A stretch of 64,000 bases of DNA from Candidatus Omnitrophota bacterium (lineage in GTDB: Bacteria; Omnitrophota; Omnitrophia; Omnitrophales; Aquincolibacteriaceae): the NCBI GenBank assembly GCA_022705945.1, contig JAKJDL010000005.1:15825-79824 (forward strand), read 5' to 3'. Positions within the stretch are counted from its first letter, which is position 1; each line of letters starts with the position of its first letter. Both the position numbers and the translations under genes were made by a program. This document shows positions 19,156 to 30,000 of the stretch, piece by piece. Under the pieces are notes generated by a model. That model was not told the DNA's origin. It was given only the letters and a program-made list of their open reading frames with translations, and searched no databases.

Positions 19156-20304
19156 ATGCGCAAAATGTCTGACCGTGTTTTTCTCGTGATCGTCAAAGGG
19201 CCGAAGATGAATGTCTCTGACGCGGATGCGGTTTTAACGGAGATGAAGGAGCTGACGGGATCCGCGAACGGTGTTTTGGTGGGCGAGACGCGCGCGAATA
19301 TTCCGGTTCCGAGCCCGAGCCATTACATTCGAGGAGGCAAGATCGAGGAGCTCCGGATTGCGACGCAAGAAACGAAAGCGAATGTCCTTATTTTCAGTGT
19401 GGACCTTTCGCCGGTTCAGGCCCGGAATATTGAAAATGAGATTCCTTGGGTTCGCGTGGTTGACCGAACCGGGCTCATTCTCGATATTTTCGCGCGAAGG
19501 GCTGTATCCAAAGACGGAAAGCTCCAGGTTGAACTCGCCCAGCTCCAATATCTTCTGCCGAGACTGGCCGGCAAGGGTGTGATCATGTCCCGGCTGGGGG
19601 GCGGCATCGGGACCCGGGGACCCGGAGAACAAAAGCTTGAAGTGGATCGCCGCAAGATCCGGAACCGGATCGAGCATATTAAAGGGCAGATCGAAAAACT
19701 TTCGAGACATCGGGCCCTTGTGCGAGAGGGGCGAAAACAAAAGCGTTTGCGGCAGATTGCGATCGTCGGCTATACGAATGCCGGCAAGTCAACGCTTCTC
19801 AATGCGCTGACCGGGGCGGATGCTTATGTCGAAGACCGTCTTTTCGCGACGCTTGATCCCAAAACAAGGGTCCGGGAGGAAAAAAACGAGAGCCCGATCC
19901 TCTTCACGGATACGGTCGGATTTATCCGTGACCTGCCGCATGGTCTCGTGAAAGCGTTTCATGCCACGCTTGAAGAAGCGGTCGAAGCGGACCTGGTTCT
20001 TATCGTGGTGGACGCTGCGGATGAGTTGGCACTCGAACACAAACATGTTGTGGACGGGGTTTTGAAGGAGCTTGGAGCGGAGTCCAGACCGAAACTAATC
20101 GCTCTCAACAAGCTGGATCTTCTTAATGACCAGCAAAAGGCGCGTGTCATGGACTTGTTCCCGGGAGCCTGCCCGATTTCGGCTGTTCAAAAACAGGGAC
20201 TCAGGGAGCTTGTCCGCGAGGCAAGAAAGCTTATTGAACTGGGTGAGGAGCTCAAGCTGTCCGGTCATCAAAATGGTGACGAAAACAATTCCGGCAATCG
20301 TTAA
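19156..20304 (+). CDS. hflX: GTPase HflX
   Basis: HflX N-terminal domain followed by G-domain 'GYTNAGKSTLLNALTG', DTVGF and NKLD. Confidence 0.9.
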   Translation: MRKMSDRVFLVIVKGPKMNVSDADAVLTEMKELTGSANGVLVGETRANIPVPSPSHYIRGGKIEELRIATQETKANVLIFSVDLSPVQARNIENEIPWVRVVDRTGLILDIFARRAVSKDGKLQVELAQLQYLLPRLAGKGVIMSRLGGGIGTRGPGEQKLEVDRRKIRNRIEHIKGQIEKLSRHRALVREGRKQKRLRQIAIVGYTNAGKSTLLNALTGADAYVEDRLFATLDPKTRVREEKNESPILFTDTVGFIRDLPHGLVKAFHATLEEAVEADLVLIVVDAADELALEHKHVVDGVLKELGAESRPKLIALNKLDLLNDQQKARVMDLFPGACPISAVQKQGLRELVREARKLIELGEELKLSGHQNGDENNSGNR

Positions 20305-20423
20305 ATTTTCCGAACGCCTGGTATGGAAATCAGAAAATGCCCATGATATACTTCACCGTCTTTTGCCCTCCTGAATTGATAGGAAAATCGGAGAATATCC
20401 TGAAATATTAACGAGAGAAAATT

Positions 20424-23297
20424 ATGGAGACCGCCATGACGAATTTGCCGAGCGTGGAACTTTATAAAGCGGGACAAGGGCCGTGGCTTGATACGATCAG
20501 CCGGCGACTGCTTCGTTCCGGCCAGCTCAAGAAATGGATTGAGGAGGACGGCCTGCTCGGGGTGACCTCCAACCCTTCGATTTTCCAGCAGGCGATCACT
20601 CAAGGGGACGGTTATGAGAAGGATATCCGGCGCATGCTTAAAAAAGGAGCCGCAACCCTTGAGATCTATGATGCCCTGACGGTTGCCGATATCCGGGAAA
20701 CCTGCGATCTTTTTCTTCCTGTTTTTGAAAGAACAAAAGGGGAACATGGTTTTGTGAGCCTCGAAGTTCTGCCGTGCCTTGCGGCGAATCCCGACGCGAC
20801 GATCCGCGAAGCGAAGAGGCTTTTCGCGGAGATCGGGCGTCCGAATCTTATGATCAAGGTTCCCGCGACCCCGGAAGGCGTCATTGCGGTCGAGTCGCTT
20901 ATTGCCGAAGGGATCAATGTCAATGTGACTCTGATTTTTTCACAGGCGAATTACCGTGCGGTTGCGGAAGCCTATCTTGCGGGACTTTCAAGGCTCGCCG
21001 CCCGGGGCGGCAAGCTCGCCGAGGTTCACTCGGTCGCGAGCGTTTTTGTGAGCCGGATCGACACGGATATTGATAAACAGCTTGATTTGAAGCTCGCGGA
21101 AGAGCACGACAGTTCACGCAGGGCCGGGCTTCAGGACCTAAAAGGGAAAGCGGCTCTCGCGAACACAAAGCTGATCTACCAGGAATTTAAAAAGATTTTT
21201 AGCACTGCGGCGTTTCTTTCGCTGAAGGAGCGGGGAGCAACGGTTCAAAAGGTCCTTTGGGGTTCGACAAGCACGAAGAATCCGGCCTATCCTGATCTGC
21301 TCTATGTCGAGAATCTTGTCGGGCGTGACAGCATAAATACGCTCCCGCAGGCTACCTGGGAAGCGTTGCTTGATCACGGGCAGATCCGCCCCGCGGCGGT
21401 CGAGGAAAATATAGAGGCTGCCCGGCAGGTTATTGCGGATCTTAAATCGAACGGAATCGACATCCATGCGGTTTGCGAAAGGCTCCAGAGGGAAGGGGTG
21501 AGGGCTTTTGTCCGGGCTTTTGAATCGCTGATGGCAGTCCTTGAAAAAAAGAACATTGGATTGATCCGTTCCGAGGGGGCGGTCAAGACATCCTACGTGC
21601 TTCCCGAAAGGACCCAAAAGGCTGTCCGGAACGCGGTAAAAGACTTTATGAAAAAAGATATACATGGCCGCTGGCTGGCAAAGGATCCGACGATCTGGAC
21701 GAATGATCCGGATCACCATAAAGTAATTCTGAACCGCCTCGGCTGGGTCGAGATCGTGGAAAAGCTTTCCGGACGGCTATATGAGATTGACCTTCTCCGT
21801 GAAAAAATCTTCCGCGAGAAAGTCCGTGATGTCGTGTTGCTTGGGATGGGCGGATCCAGCCTTGCGGCTGAAGTGATGTCGCTTATCCTGAAGAAGCCGC
21901 ACCATAAGACCGTTGGAGCGCCCAGGATGCGGTTCCATTTGCTTGATACGACGGATCCGCTCAGTATCGCGAAAGTTGATCGCGCGGTCAATTATGCCAA
22001 AACAGTGTTCGTGGTGGGGAGTAAATCCGGCTCCACGATCGAAACGCGCTCGCAGTATCAGTATTTTTTCAATGCCGTGAAAAAGTCATTCAGGGGCGAC
22101 GAAGATAAGACCGCCGGCAGGTTCGTGTTTGTGACCGACGAGGGTTCGCCTTTTGCCGAGATGGGAAAGTTGATGAATCTCGCAGGGCTTTTTCTGAACC
22201 CGTCCGACATCGGCGGACGTTATTCGGCCCTCTCGTTCTTCGGATATGTTCCCGCCGCGCTTCTTGGGATTGACATCCGGAAGATCACGAAGGATGCCCA
22301 TATCGCTCTCATGAATATGCGGAAGGAAAAAAACCTTACGAAGAACGAGGGAATCTATCTCGGTATCGTGCTCGGCGTGCTCGCGCTTCAAAGAAAGGAT
22401 AAGCTGACATTCTGGACTTCTCCCTCGCTTTCCTCTTTTGCGGATTGGGCCGAACAGCTGATCGCGGAGAGCACGGGCAAGGAAGGAAAGGGCATTGTGC
22501 CGGTCGTCGGGGAACCGCCGCTTGCTCTTGAACAGTATTCCGAAAACCGCGTTTTCGCGATTCTCCGTCAAAAAGGTGAAGATACGGCTCTTTGGTCCTC
22601 CCGGATCCGGGCACTCAAAGCCAGAGGATTTGCCGTTATTGACTGTGTTTGGGCGGACGGCGTGAACGTTGGCGGGGAATTCCTGAAATGGGAAATTGCT
22701 ACCAGTATTGCGAGCGCGCTTCTCGGGATTAACCCGTTCGATGAACCCAATGTGAAGGAATCGAAGGATATTACAGGCAGGATTCTCAAGGATATGAAAA
22801 AGAAAAAAAAGCTTCCCAGGCCCCAGTTGCTGCTCTCCGCGGGAAGTCCCAGGCTTTCTCCGGCCGAAAGGAAGGTCTTCGATAAGTTCTTCGGGAAACT
22901 GAAACCGGAGGGTTATGTGTCGCTATTGGCCTATATTGACCGGACAGCGGTATCCAGAAAATGTCTCCAGGCCCTTCAGAAAAAAATAGCGGCGAAGATT
23001 CGCGTGCCGGCCCTTTCCGGTTTCGGGCCCCGGTACCTTCATTCCATAGGACAGCTTTACAAGGGCGGACCGAAGAATGGGGCTTTTATAGAATTTTATG
23101 TCCGGGACACGATGGACCTGAAAGTTCCGGGGGAATTTTACGGGTTCAAACAGCTCAAGACCGCTCAGGCAATGGGGGATTATCTGGCGACTTCCAACAA
23201 GGGTTTGCCTGTGCTTGTGGTTGATCTTGGAAAAGATTCTGTCAAAGGCCTCAGGGCTTTTGGCTCGAAGCTCGGTGCGTTCTTTTTATTAAAATGA
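20424..23297 (+). CDS. Bifunctional transaldolase / glucose-6-phosphate isomerase fusion
   Basis: N-terminal roughly 370 aa transaldolase ('GVTSNPSIF', 'MIKVPATPEG'). C-terminal roughly 580 aa phosphoglucose isomerase (SIS domains 'VLLGMGGSSL'). One continuous 957-aa ORF. Confidence 0.85.
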   Translation: METAMTNLPSVELYKAGQGPWLDTISRRLLRSGQLKKWIEEDGLLGVTSNPSIFQQAITQGDGYEKDIRRMLKKGAATLEIYDALTVADIRETCDLFLPVFERTKGEHGFVSLEVLPCLAANPDATIREAKRLFAEIGRPNLMIKVPATPEGVIAVESLIAEGINVNVTLIFSQANYRAVAEAYLAGLSRLAARGGKLAEVHSVASVFVSRIDTDIDKQLDLKLAEEHDSSRRAGLQDLKGKAALANTKLIYQEFKKIFSTAAFLSLKERGATVQKVLWGSTSTKNPAYPDLLYVENLVGRDSINTLPQATWEALLDHGQIRPAAVEENIEAARQVIADLKSNGIDIHAVCERLQREGVRAFVRAFESLMAVLEKKNIGLIRSEGAVKTSYVLPERTQKAVRNAVKDFMKKDIHGRWLAKDPTIWTNDPDHHKVILNRLGWVEIVEKLSGRLYEIDLLREKIFREKVRDVVLLGMGGSSLAAEVMSLILKKPHHKTVGAPRMRFHLLDTTDPLSIAKVDRAVNYAKTVFVVGSKSGSTIETRSQYQYFFNAVKKSFRGDEDKTAGRFVFVTDEGSPFAEMGKLMNLAGLFLNPSDIGGRYSALSFFGYVPAALLGIDIRKITKDAHIALMNMRKEKNLTKNEGIYLGIVLGVLALQRKDKLTFWTSPSLSSFADWAEQLIAESTGKEGKGIVPVVGEPPLALEQYSENRVFAILRQKGEDTALWSSRIRALKARGFAVIDCVWADGVNVGGEFLKWEIATSIASALLGINPFDEPNVKESKDITGRILKDMKKKKKLPRPQLLLSAGSPRLSPAERKVFDKFFGKLKPEGYVSLLAYIDRTAVSRKCLQALQKKIAAKIRVPALSGFGPRYLHSIGQLYKGGPKNGAFIEFYVRDTMDLKVPGEFYGFKQLKTAQAMGDYLATSNKGLPVLVVDLGKDSVKGLRAFGSKLGAFFLLK

Positions 23298-23388
23298 CCG
23301 ATCGGGACTTGGCGGTGAAAGGTCAGAGAATCTGTTAAAGCAAACGGGATATTGGGCGAAAATACTATCTAAAAGGATTTGTCAGCCT

Positions 23389-24207
23389 ATGACCCATACG
23401 ACCCATTTTTTTTGTGCTGTTGCTTCTGCGCGCGGTGTTTTTCTTTCCATGATTGTGAGCGCCGGAATGTTTGTTTCGGGCTGTGCGTCGACTCCTTCGC
23501 AGCAAGCCAATATCATGCCCAATTTCAGGCCGGCCACGGCGTTGACAGTTAATCTTCCGGCGCCGACAACGGGAGGGATGCGTGATATTTACCATGTTGT
23601 CGGGCCCTATGAATCGTTGTGGCGGATTTCGACGGTCTATGGCAAGGATATGGAATCCATCATGAGGGACAATAATATTACGGACCCCTCAAAGCTCCAG
23701 AAGGGGCAAAGACTTTTGATTCGGAACACCTACGGACCGCGAGCGAACATCCCTCTTTTCCCGACGACGAGGTGGACGCATATCGTGATCCATCACACCG
23801 CAACCGATGTCGGAAATGCCTTTACGATCGATTCGCTGCATCTTAAACGAGGTTGGGAGCGGGGGATGGGGTATGACTTTCTGATCGATAACGGAACTCA
23901 CGGTAAGTCCATGGGACAGATTGAGGTCGGTCCGCGATGGCTGAAACAGCTCGACGGAGCCCACACAAAACAGGGAGATTGGAACAAAAAGGCCATCGGG
24001 ATAGCGGTGGTCGGTAATTACAGCCAGGAAAGTTTCCCCGCGGCCATGATGGACAATCTGGTTTTTCTTGTGGCCACTCTCAAGAATTTTTATCGCATTC
24101 CGGAACAAAACATCGTAGGTCACCGCGATGTCCCCGGTGCCGCGACCGAATGCCCCGGGAAAGTTTTCCCTTGGAACGAATTTAAACAGCGAGTGAGGAT
24201 GTACTAA
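23389..24207 (+). CDS. LysM-domain N-acetylmuramoyl-L-alanine amidase (Amidase_2/PGRP fold) lipoprotein
   Basis: Lipoprotein signal ('...VSGCAS'). LysM ('YHVVGPYESLWRISTVYG...LQKGQRLLI'). Amidase_2 core ('WTHIVIHHTATD...GYDFLID...GAHT'). Confidence 0.75.
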   Translation: MTHTTHFFCAVASARGVFLSMIVSAGMFVSGCASTPSQQANIMPNFRPATALTVNLPAPTTGGMRDIYHVVGPYESLWRISTVYGKDMESIMRDNNITDPSKLQKGQRLLIRNTYGPRANIPLFPTTRWTHIVIHHTATDVGNAFTIDSLHLKRGWERGMGYDFLIDNGTHGKSMGQIEVGPRWLKQLDGAHTKQGDWNKKAIGIAVVGNYSQESFPAAMMDNLVFLVATLKNFYRIPEQNIVGHRDVPGAATECPGKVFPWNEFKQRVRMY

Positions 24208-24654
24208 GGCATCCGTTTTTTTGTCACCCAAGCCCATAATCGATAAAACGGTTATGGGCTTTTCTTTTTTGCGGCCAAATCAGACGGCCGAAGAACGCCC
24301 CCCCGGATATATGCGGGATGTGCAGCGGGAATAATGTCTCCGGCGCTTTGGGGGGGGCCGGGATCAAGGCGATCCTCGCGGATCTGCGTCATCGTTCCGC
24401 CTCCTGATCGGGAACGGATCGTATTAAAACGTGTTGACGGGGGATTCATCTGCCGGCTTTTATCGGAAAGGGAACGAGAGATGTGTCGGTGTGTCAAAAA
24501 AACCGAAAAAAATTCAAGATTCCCCGAAATCATCCGTTAATTACATTGTCAAAAGCTTGTCTCAGCGCGTACTTGTTGGCTGAGCGGGTTGGCTTGCATG
24601 TCGGTGATGTGTTGGCTTTTAATGCCTGATCTTTAACGGAGCGCGGAGGATGTT

Positions 24655-24867
24655 ATGATCAATAACATGGTGTTATCGACCGAGATTGAGTGGATTGGCT
24701 ACGAACACAAACGGAACATGCTCCAGGTGGAGTTTATTGCCGGTCCCGTCTACCAGTATGACAATGTCCCCGAAAAGATATACGAGGATTTCCTGACGGC
24801 GCCTTCCCACGGCAGGTTCTTTGAGTCCAACATTAAGGGGAAATTCCTGAGCCGCAAGATTCGCTGA
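24655..24867 (+). CDS. KTSC-domain small protein
   Basis: 'IEWIGYEHKRNMLQVEFIAGPVYQYDNVPEKIYEDFLTAPSHGRFFESNIKGKF' matches the KTSC domain pattern. 70 aa. Confidence 0.6.
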   Translation: MINNMVLSTEIEWIGYEHKRNMLQVEFIAGPVYQYDNVPEKIYEDFLTAPSHGRFFESNIKGKFLSRKIR

Positions 24868-25047
24868 TCTTTTTCCGGCAGATTCCCCGATGTTCCCCGT
24901 TTTTTTCCTCTTTGTCCATCCCGGGAATATCGTTCAGTCCTGCGATCCGGTTTTCCAGCTTCAAAATGATGCCGATACGGAATCCGGCCTTTCACCCCAA
25001 GGATAAGAGTTTTTCTCTCAGCGCAGCTGATGATTTTTCGGTAGTTT

Positions 25048-26673
25048 TTGGCGTGGATTTTATTAAACTATGAGCTCATGACGCACGCTAATCATCATCC
25101 CCATCATTCCAAACCCAAACCGCGTGAACAGTGGGGAACCCGGATGGGTTTGATCTTTGCCATGGCTGCCAATGCAGTAGGGCTCGGTAACTTCCTCCGT
25201 TTCCCGGTCCAGTGTGCCGCAAACGGCGGCGGGGCGTTCATGATCCCGTATTTTATCGCCTTCATCCTTCTCGGAATTCCGCTTCTCTGGATTGAATGGG
25301 GGATAGGCCGTTTCGGCGGCAAATACGGTCACGGGACGACGCCGGGAATGTTCCATTACCTTTGGCGGCACCCTCTCGCCAAATATATCGGAGCGATCGG
25401 GATCGCGGTGCCGTTTTTGCTTGTGATTTATTACAACTATATTGTCTCCTGGACGCTCGCCTATAGCGTATTTTCGTTCACGGGAAAATATGCCGGAATT
25501 ACGACTTTCCAGGGTATGGCGGATTTTTTGGCGGCCTACCTGGGGAAGGTTTCCAACTCCCATTTCCCGACGATCGCTACCGCTTTTCTTTTTTTTCTGA
25601 TCTCTCACGGCTGTATGCTTTGGGTCATCGCGATGGGAGTGAATAAGGGGATAGAACGGCTTGTGCGAATCGCGATACCCATGATCATCGTTTTGGGTAT
25701 TATCCTTGTGATCAGGGTCCTTTTCGTCGGTACACCGGACCCTTCCATGCCGGGAAATAGCGTGGCGAACGGATTTGGTTACATCTGGAATCCGGACTTT
25801 TCGACTTTGAAAGACAGCAGGGTGTGGCTGGCGGCAACGGGGCAGATTTTTTTCACGTTGAGCGTGGGATTTGGCGCGATACAGACCTATGCGAGCTATC
25901 TCAAACCCAAGGATGACGTGGTGCTTTCGGGGCTTGCGACCTGTTCCATAAACGAGTTTTGCGAAGTGATCCTCGGCGGATCCATCGCAATCCCCGTTAC
26001 GTTCGCGTTTTTCGGTTTGGCCCAGACGCAGGCGGTAGCGGCCGGAGGGGCATTTGATCTCGGTTTTTTCGCGTTACCGATTATTTTCCAAAAGATGATG
26101 TTCGGTCAAATTTTCGGTGCCGTATGGTTTTTCCTTCTTTTTCTTGCCGGGATAACTTCCTCAATCGCGATGGCTCAGCCGATCATGGCTTTTTTCCAGG
26201 AGGAATTCCGCATGACGCGCCGGACGGCGGCGACTATCGTGGGGATTATGACGTTTTTCTTTACTCTGCCCGTGATTTTTTTCTTGAAGCACGGATTTCT
26301 CAACGAACTGGATTTCTGGATCGGGACTTTCGCGCTGGTCGTTTTCGCCATTATCGAAATCGTCCTTTTTATCTGGGTCTTCGGAGAGGAGAGAGCTTGG
26401 AAAGAGATCAATTCCGGCGCGGATCTGCGCCTGCCGCGCGCCGTGATCCGGATTATGAAATATGTGACCCTGACCTACTTGTCCGTGTTGCTGGTTTTCT
26501 GGCTTGTTCAGGACGGGGCTTCAATTTTTTTGATGAAGAATGTTTCCGCGGCCGATTATCCCTATATCTGGTTTGCCCGTTTCATGATCGTTGGAGTTGC
26601 CGCATTGATGGTTTTTCTTGTTCATATTGCCTGGCAGAGAAAACACCATATTCAGCGGCGGGTCCCGGGCTAG
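25048..26673 (+). CDS. Sodium-dependent transporter, neurotransmitter:sodium symporter (SNF) family
   Basis: NSS signature 'REQWGTRMGLIFAMAANAVGLGNFLRFP' and about 12 TM helices. 541 aa. The start may be a later Met. Confidence 0.85.
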   Translation: MAWILLNYELMTHANHHPHHSKPKPREQWGTRMGLIFAMAANAVGLGNFLRFPVQCAANGGGAFMIPYFIAFILLGIPLLWIEWGIGRFGGKYGHGTTPGMFHYLWRHPLAKYIGAIGIAVPFLLVIYYNYIVSWTLAYSVFSFTGKYAGITTFQGMADFLAAYLGKVSNSHFPTIATAFLFFLISHGCMLWVIAMGVNKGIERLVRIAIPMIIVLGIILVIRVLFVGTPDPSMPGNSVANGFGYIWNPDFSTLKDSRVWLAATGQIFFTLSVGFGAIQTYASYLKPKDDVVLSGLATCSINEFCEVILGGSIAIPVTFAFFGLAQTQAVAAGGAFDLGFFALPIIFQKMMFGQIFGAVWFFLLFLAGITSSIAMAQPIMAFFQEEFRMTRRTAATIVGIMTFFFTLPVIFFLKHGFLNELDFWIGTFALVVFAIIEIVLFIWVFGEERAWKEINSGADLRLPRAVIRIMKYVTLTYLSVLLVFWLVQDGASIFLMKNVSAADYPYIWFARFMIVGVAALMVFLVHIAWQRKHHIQRRVPG

Positions 26674-27029
26674 GTTTTATCCGGCCTCTATTGTTTTAAT
26701 CGATTCTCCTGCCGAAGTTTTTTCCCGTTGATTCTGCATCGCAGATGCTGCAATGAGGACATATTTGACTTTCCTTGTACTCTTCGCTGTTAGTGTATCA
26801 ATACAAATAATAACAGTTAATATAGCAAAAAATATCTTTATATAGCATTACCATATCAAAACAACTAAAATATACTTAATTATGACTTGCGCATTCAATT
26901 ATTTCATGGCATGTTTTAAGTAGAAGAAAACAAAGAAGATATGACAAAAATGGCAATTTTGTTAAAAAAATTGTGCTGAGGGTGTTTATTGTATAGGAGT
27001 TTCGTATCTTTAAAAAGGCCACATTTTTT

Positions 27030-30000
27030 ATGAAAAAAATAACCTGTCAAAAAAAAGGAATGGGAATGCGAGTTATTGCATTGACGGTCGCGCTGACTTT
27101 TACGATGTCGGGCGTGGCGATGCCGTCGCCTGCCGGGTCTCCGGTTGCCGCAGACTCCGTTCATCTGCCGTTTTCAATCGCCGATCTGACTATTCCCGCG
27201 GAATACGGCACCGTTCGATTGGGCCCTGAAGCGGATGGCGATCGCGGCAAATCAGGTTCCCCGTCCTCTTCCATTCCCTATTCTTCATCCCGCAGCATTA
27301 TTTTGATCCAGGATGCGCACGCGGTCAATGATGCTCAGGAAAATATCCGAAGGATCATTGATCACCTGCAGTCACGGCAAATGGCGGATCTGGTTTTGCT
27401 CGAAGGAGCGAAAGGAAAGCTCGATCCCGTTCTCTTAAGGACTTATCCCGACGCGCGGAGGCGGACGAAGGTGGCCTCGGAATATCTTGAGCGCGCTGAA
27501 CTTACCGGAGCCGAAGCCGCTGCCGTGCTGAATAATGCAGAAGGTTCTTTCGAGGGATTGGAGGATTGGCCGCTTTATTCCGAGAACTTTTTTGCCTATC
27601 AGGCCGCGCAAGATGAAAAATCGGATATCCATAGAAAACTCGCAGTTTTTCGAACCGAACTTGACCGGAAAAGCAGTTTGAAAATATCAGCCTCCCTCCG
27701 GGAATTCCTTAAGTATTGGAGCGATTTCCGTTCCGAACGTATCTCGCTCATGGATCTGCTTTTTTACCTTCAGAGATTCGCAACGCTTGGTAAAAAGGAT
27801 GCGGGTTATGACGAGCTTTCGAGACTTCTTGATTCTCTCGGTTATGAGAAATCCGGAGCGGGGCAGGCTCTTGAGCCGGCGGTCCGGCGCATTGCGGAAG
27901 AGTTTAAAAGTAAATTCACACGGGGGCTCAATGCCCGGGATCAAACGAATTTTATTATGAATTATCAGAGATTCATGACGGGGCAGATGTCGGCGGGAGA
28001 GATGCTGAGTTACCTCGTCCGGTTCGGTGCCGAGAGGGGGCATCAGCTGAAGATGACTCCGGAGATCAGGAGACTTCTCGGACACAGCCAGACACTCTCG
28101 GAGATCAAAGGGAGCCGTCTTTTCAACGAGCTAAACAGGTTTTTGCCCGAGGCCGCGGAAAGTCTTGTCCGGTCTCATGAGGAGCTCGGAATATTGCGGT
28201 CTTATGAAAAGCTCTTCATCCTTGAAAGCCTTGCTTCCCTCGAGCTTACCCACGAGATGCTTTTGCAGTATCAAAGAGAGCCTGAGGCTTATCTGGGGCT
28301 CACCGGAGATCCGGAGCTTGGGAAAAGTCTTGTTCCCGCGATCGAATTCTATCAGGCGGCTCTGCGCCGCGATTTGTCCTTTTATGAAAAAGTTCGCCGA
28401 ATCCCGGCGGAGGTGCGCACTGTGGTGCTTGTCGCGGGCGGATTCCATACGAACGGTCTTGAACGGCTCCTTCGGGAGAACGGCGAATCCTATGCCGTTA
28501 TCACGCCGAAGATCGCGTCACTCGCGGGCGCCGAGAATTATTTCAAAGTGATGGCGGGCGATCTCTCTTACAAGAAATATCTTAAAACGACCTATTACGA
28601 CGCGCTTATGAACCATGCCGTCCGGAAGCTTACCGAATCACTAAGCGAGCCGGAATTCCGGCAGACGGTCAAGCTTTGGCGTGACAACCTGATCCGCGAT
28701 CTTTCGGCGAAGGGACGTATCACGGACATTGGGAAATACACCCGCTACCTCGATGAACTGAACATTGTCTATGCCGAGCGCTTTGCCGGAGAACTGAAAC
28801 CGCGTTCAAGAGAGGACATTCTTGACTTCGTGAAAGTGCAGCTTGAGAAATTCAAAACGGAGGCGCTGCGGGCCGCAAGGAAACGGTTTGAAGATCAGCT
28901 TGCCGGGGTCGCTCCCGGGCTTCGGCAAATGACTGGCGAAAAAGAGTTCGGCGGAGCGGCCGCTACTGATCGGGCGACCTTTGGAACTCCGCTTGGTCTT
29001 GCTCCCGGGAATGCGGTGTTGAGGGCTGAGGCTCGCGGCGCAAATGTTCCGGAGCCGGTCGTGCCGGCCGCCGTGCCGGGACTCCGGACCCCACGTACCG
29101 GGAGAGAACTCACGATGCTTTCTGCGGTGGATGATTTGATGGCGAAATGGCAAAAAGAGCTGGCAAACGACGAAAAAAACAGGCTTGGACGAGCCGGCTT
29201 GATCCGCAAACGTTTGACGGAACTCGAGCGCCTGAAACGGATCGTGAATGATAAGGAAAAACTTACGGCCTATTTATGTAAATTCGACAGCCCGAGTGAT
29301 CTTCAGGTGCGCGTGCGGGAAGGGGTGATCAGCCGCCCGCTTCCCGCGGACGTTCGTTTTATCTACCTTGATCCTGAAAAATGGGAACATCAGATACTCT
29401 GGGAGCTGACGGGGCATGAGCGATCGGTGCCGGAAGGAATCGCCTGGCCGTTGATATGGCCTGACGGAAGTTCGACGCGTTTTGTTATCGTGAATAATCG
29501 CGAGAAGCCCGCTTTTAGCGAGATCCTCATTATGGCGCATGAACTTTCGCACTGCCGGAGCAATCTCCCGACAGCCGAGATGCCGTATTTTTTCAATCGT
29601 CTGCTGGAAGGTTATCAGCAGCAGAACGAATTTGAGACGCTTGTGGAATGGGCCGAGCTTGACAGTGATTTTGGGCGGTTCGTGAAAAAAGTATTGATCG
29701 GAGAATTGCCGGTGGGTTGGGGTGTTTGGGAGTGGGCGGTCAGGACCTTCAGTCCCGGAACTTCCAAAGAGGTTCGTTACGGGGCACTGCGCGATGTGCT
29801 GCAAAATGTTAACGGTTACAGTGCCGAAGCGGCCATGGCGGACGATGTGGCCCGTCAGTTTTCCGGAGGAGCGGCGCTTGGGAAATTCTTCATCGAAAAA
29901 GATATGTCTGCGATCCGTAACGCGCTTGGGAATGAGCGGGCGCGGCTGCTGGAGAGGCTCTTTGAGGGAGTGAAACAAACAGGACTTCGCGGAACTTCTC

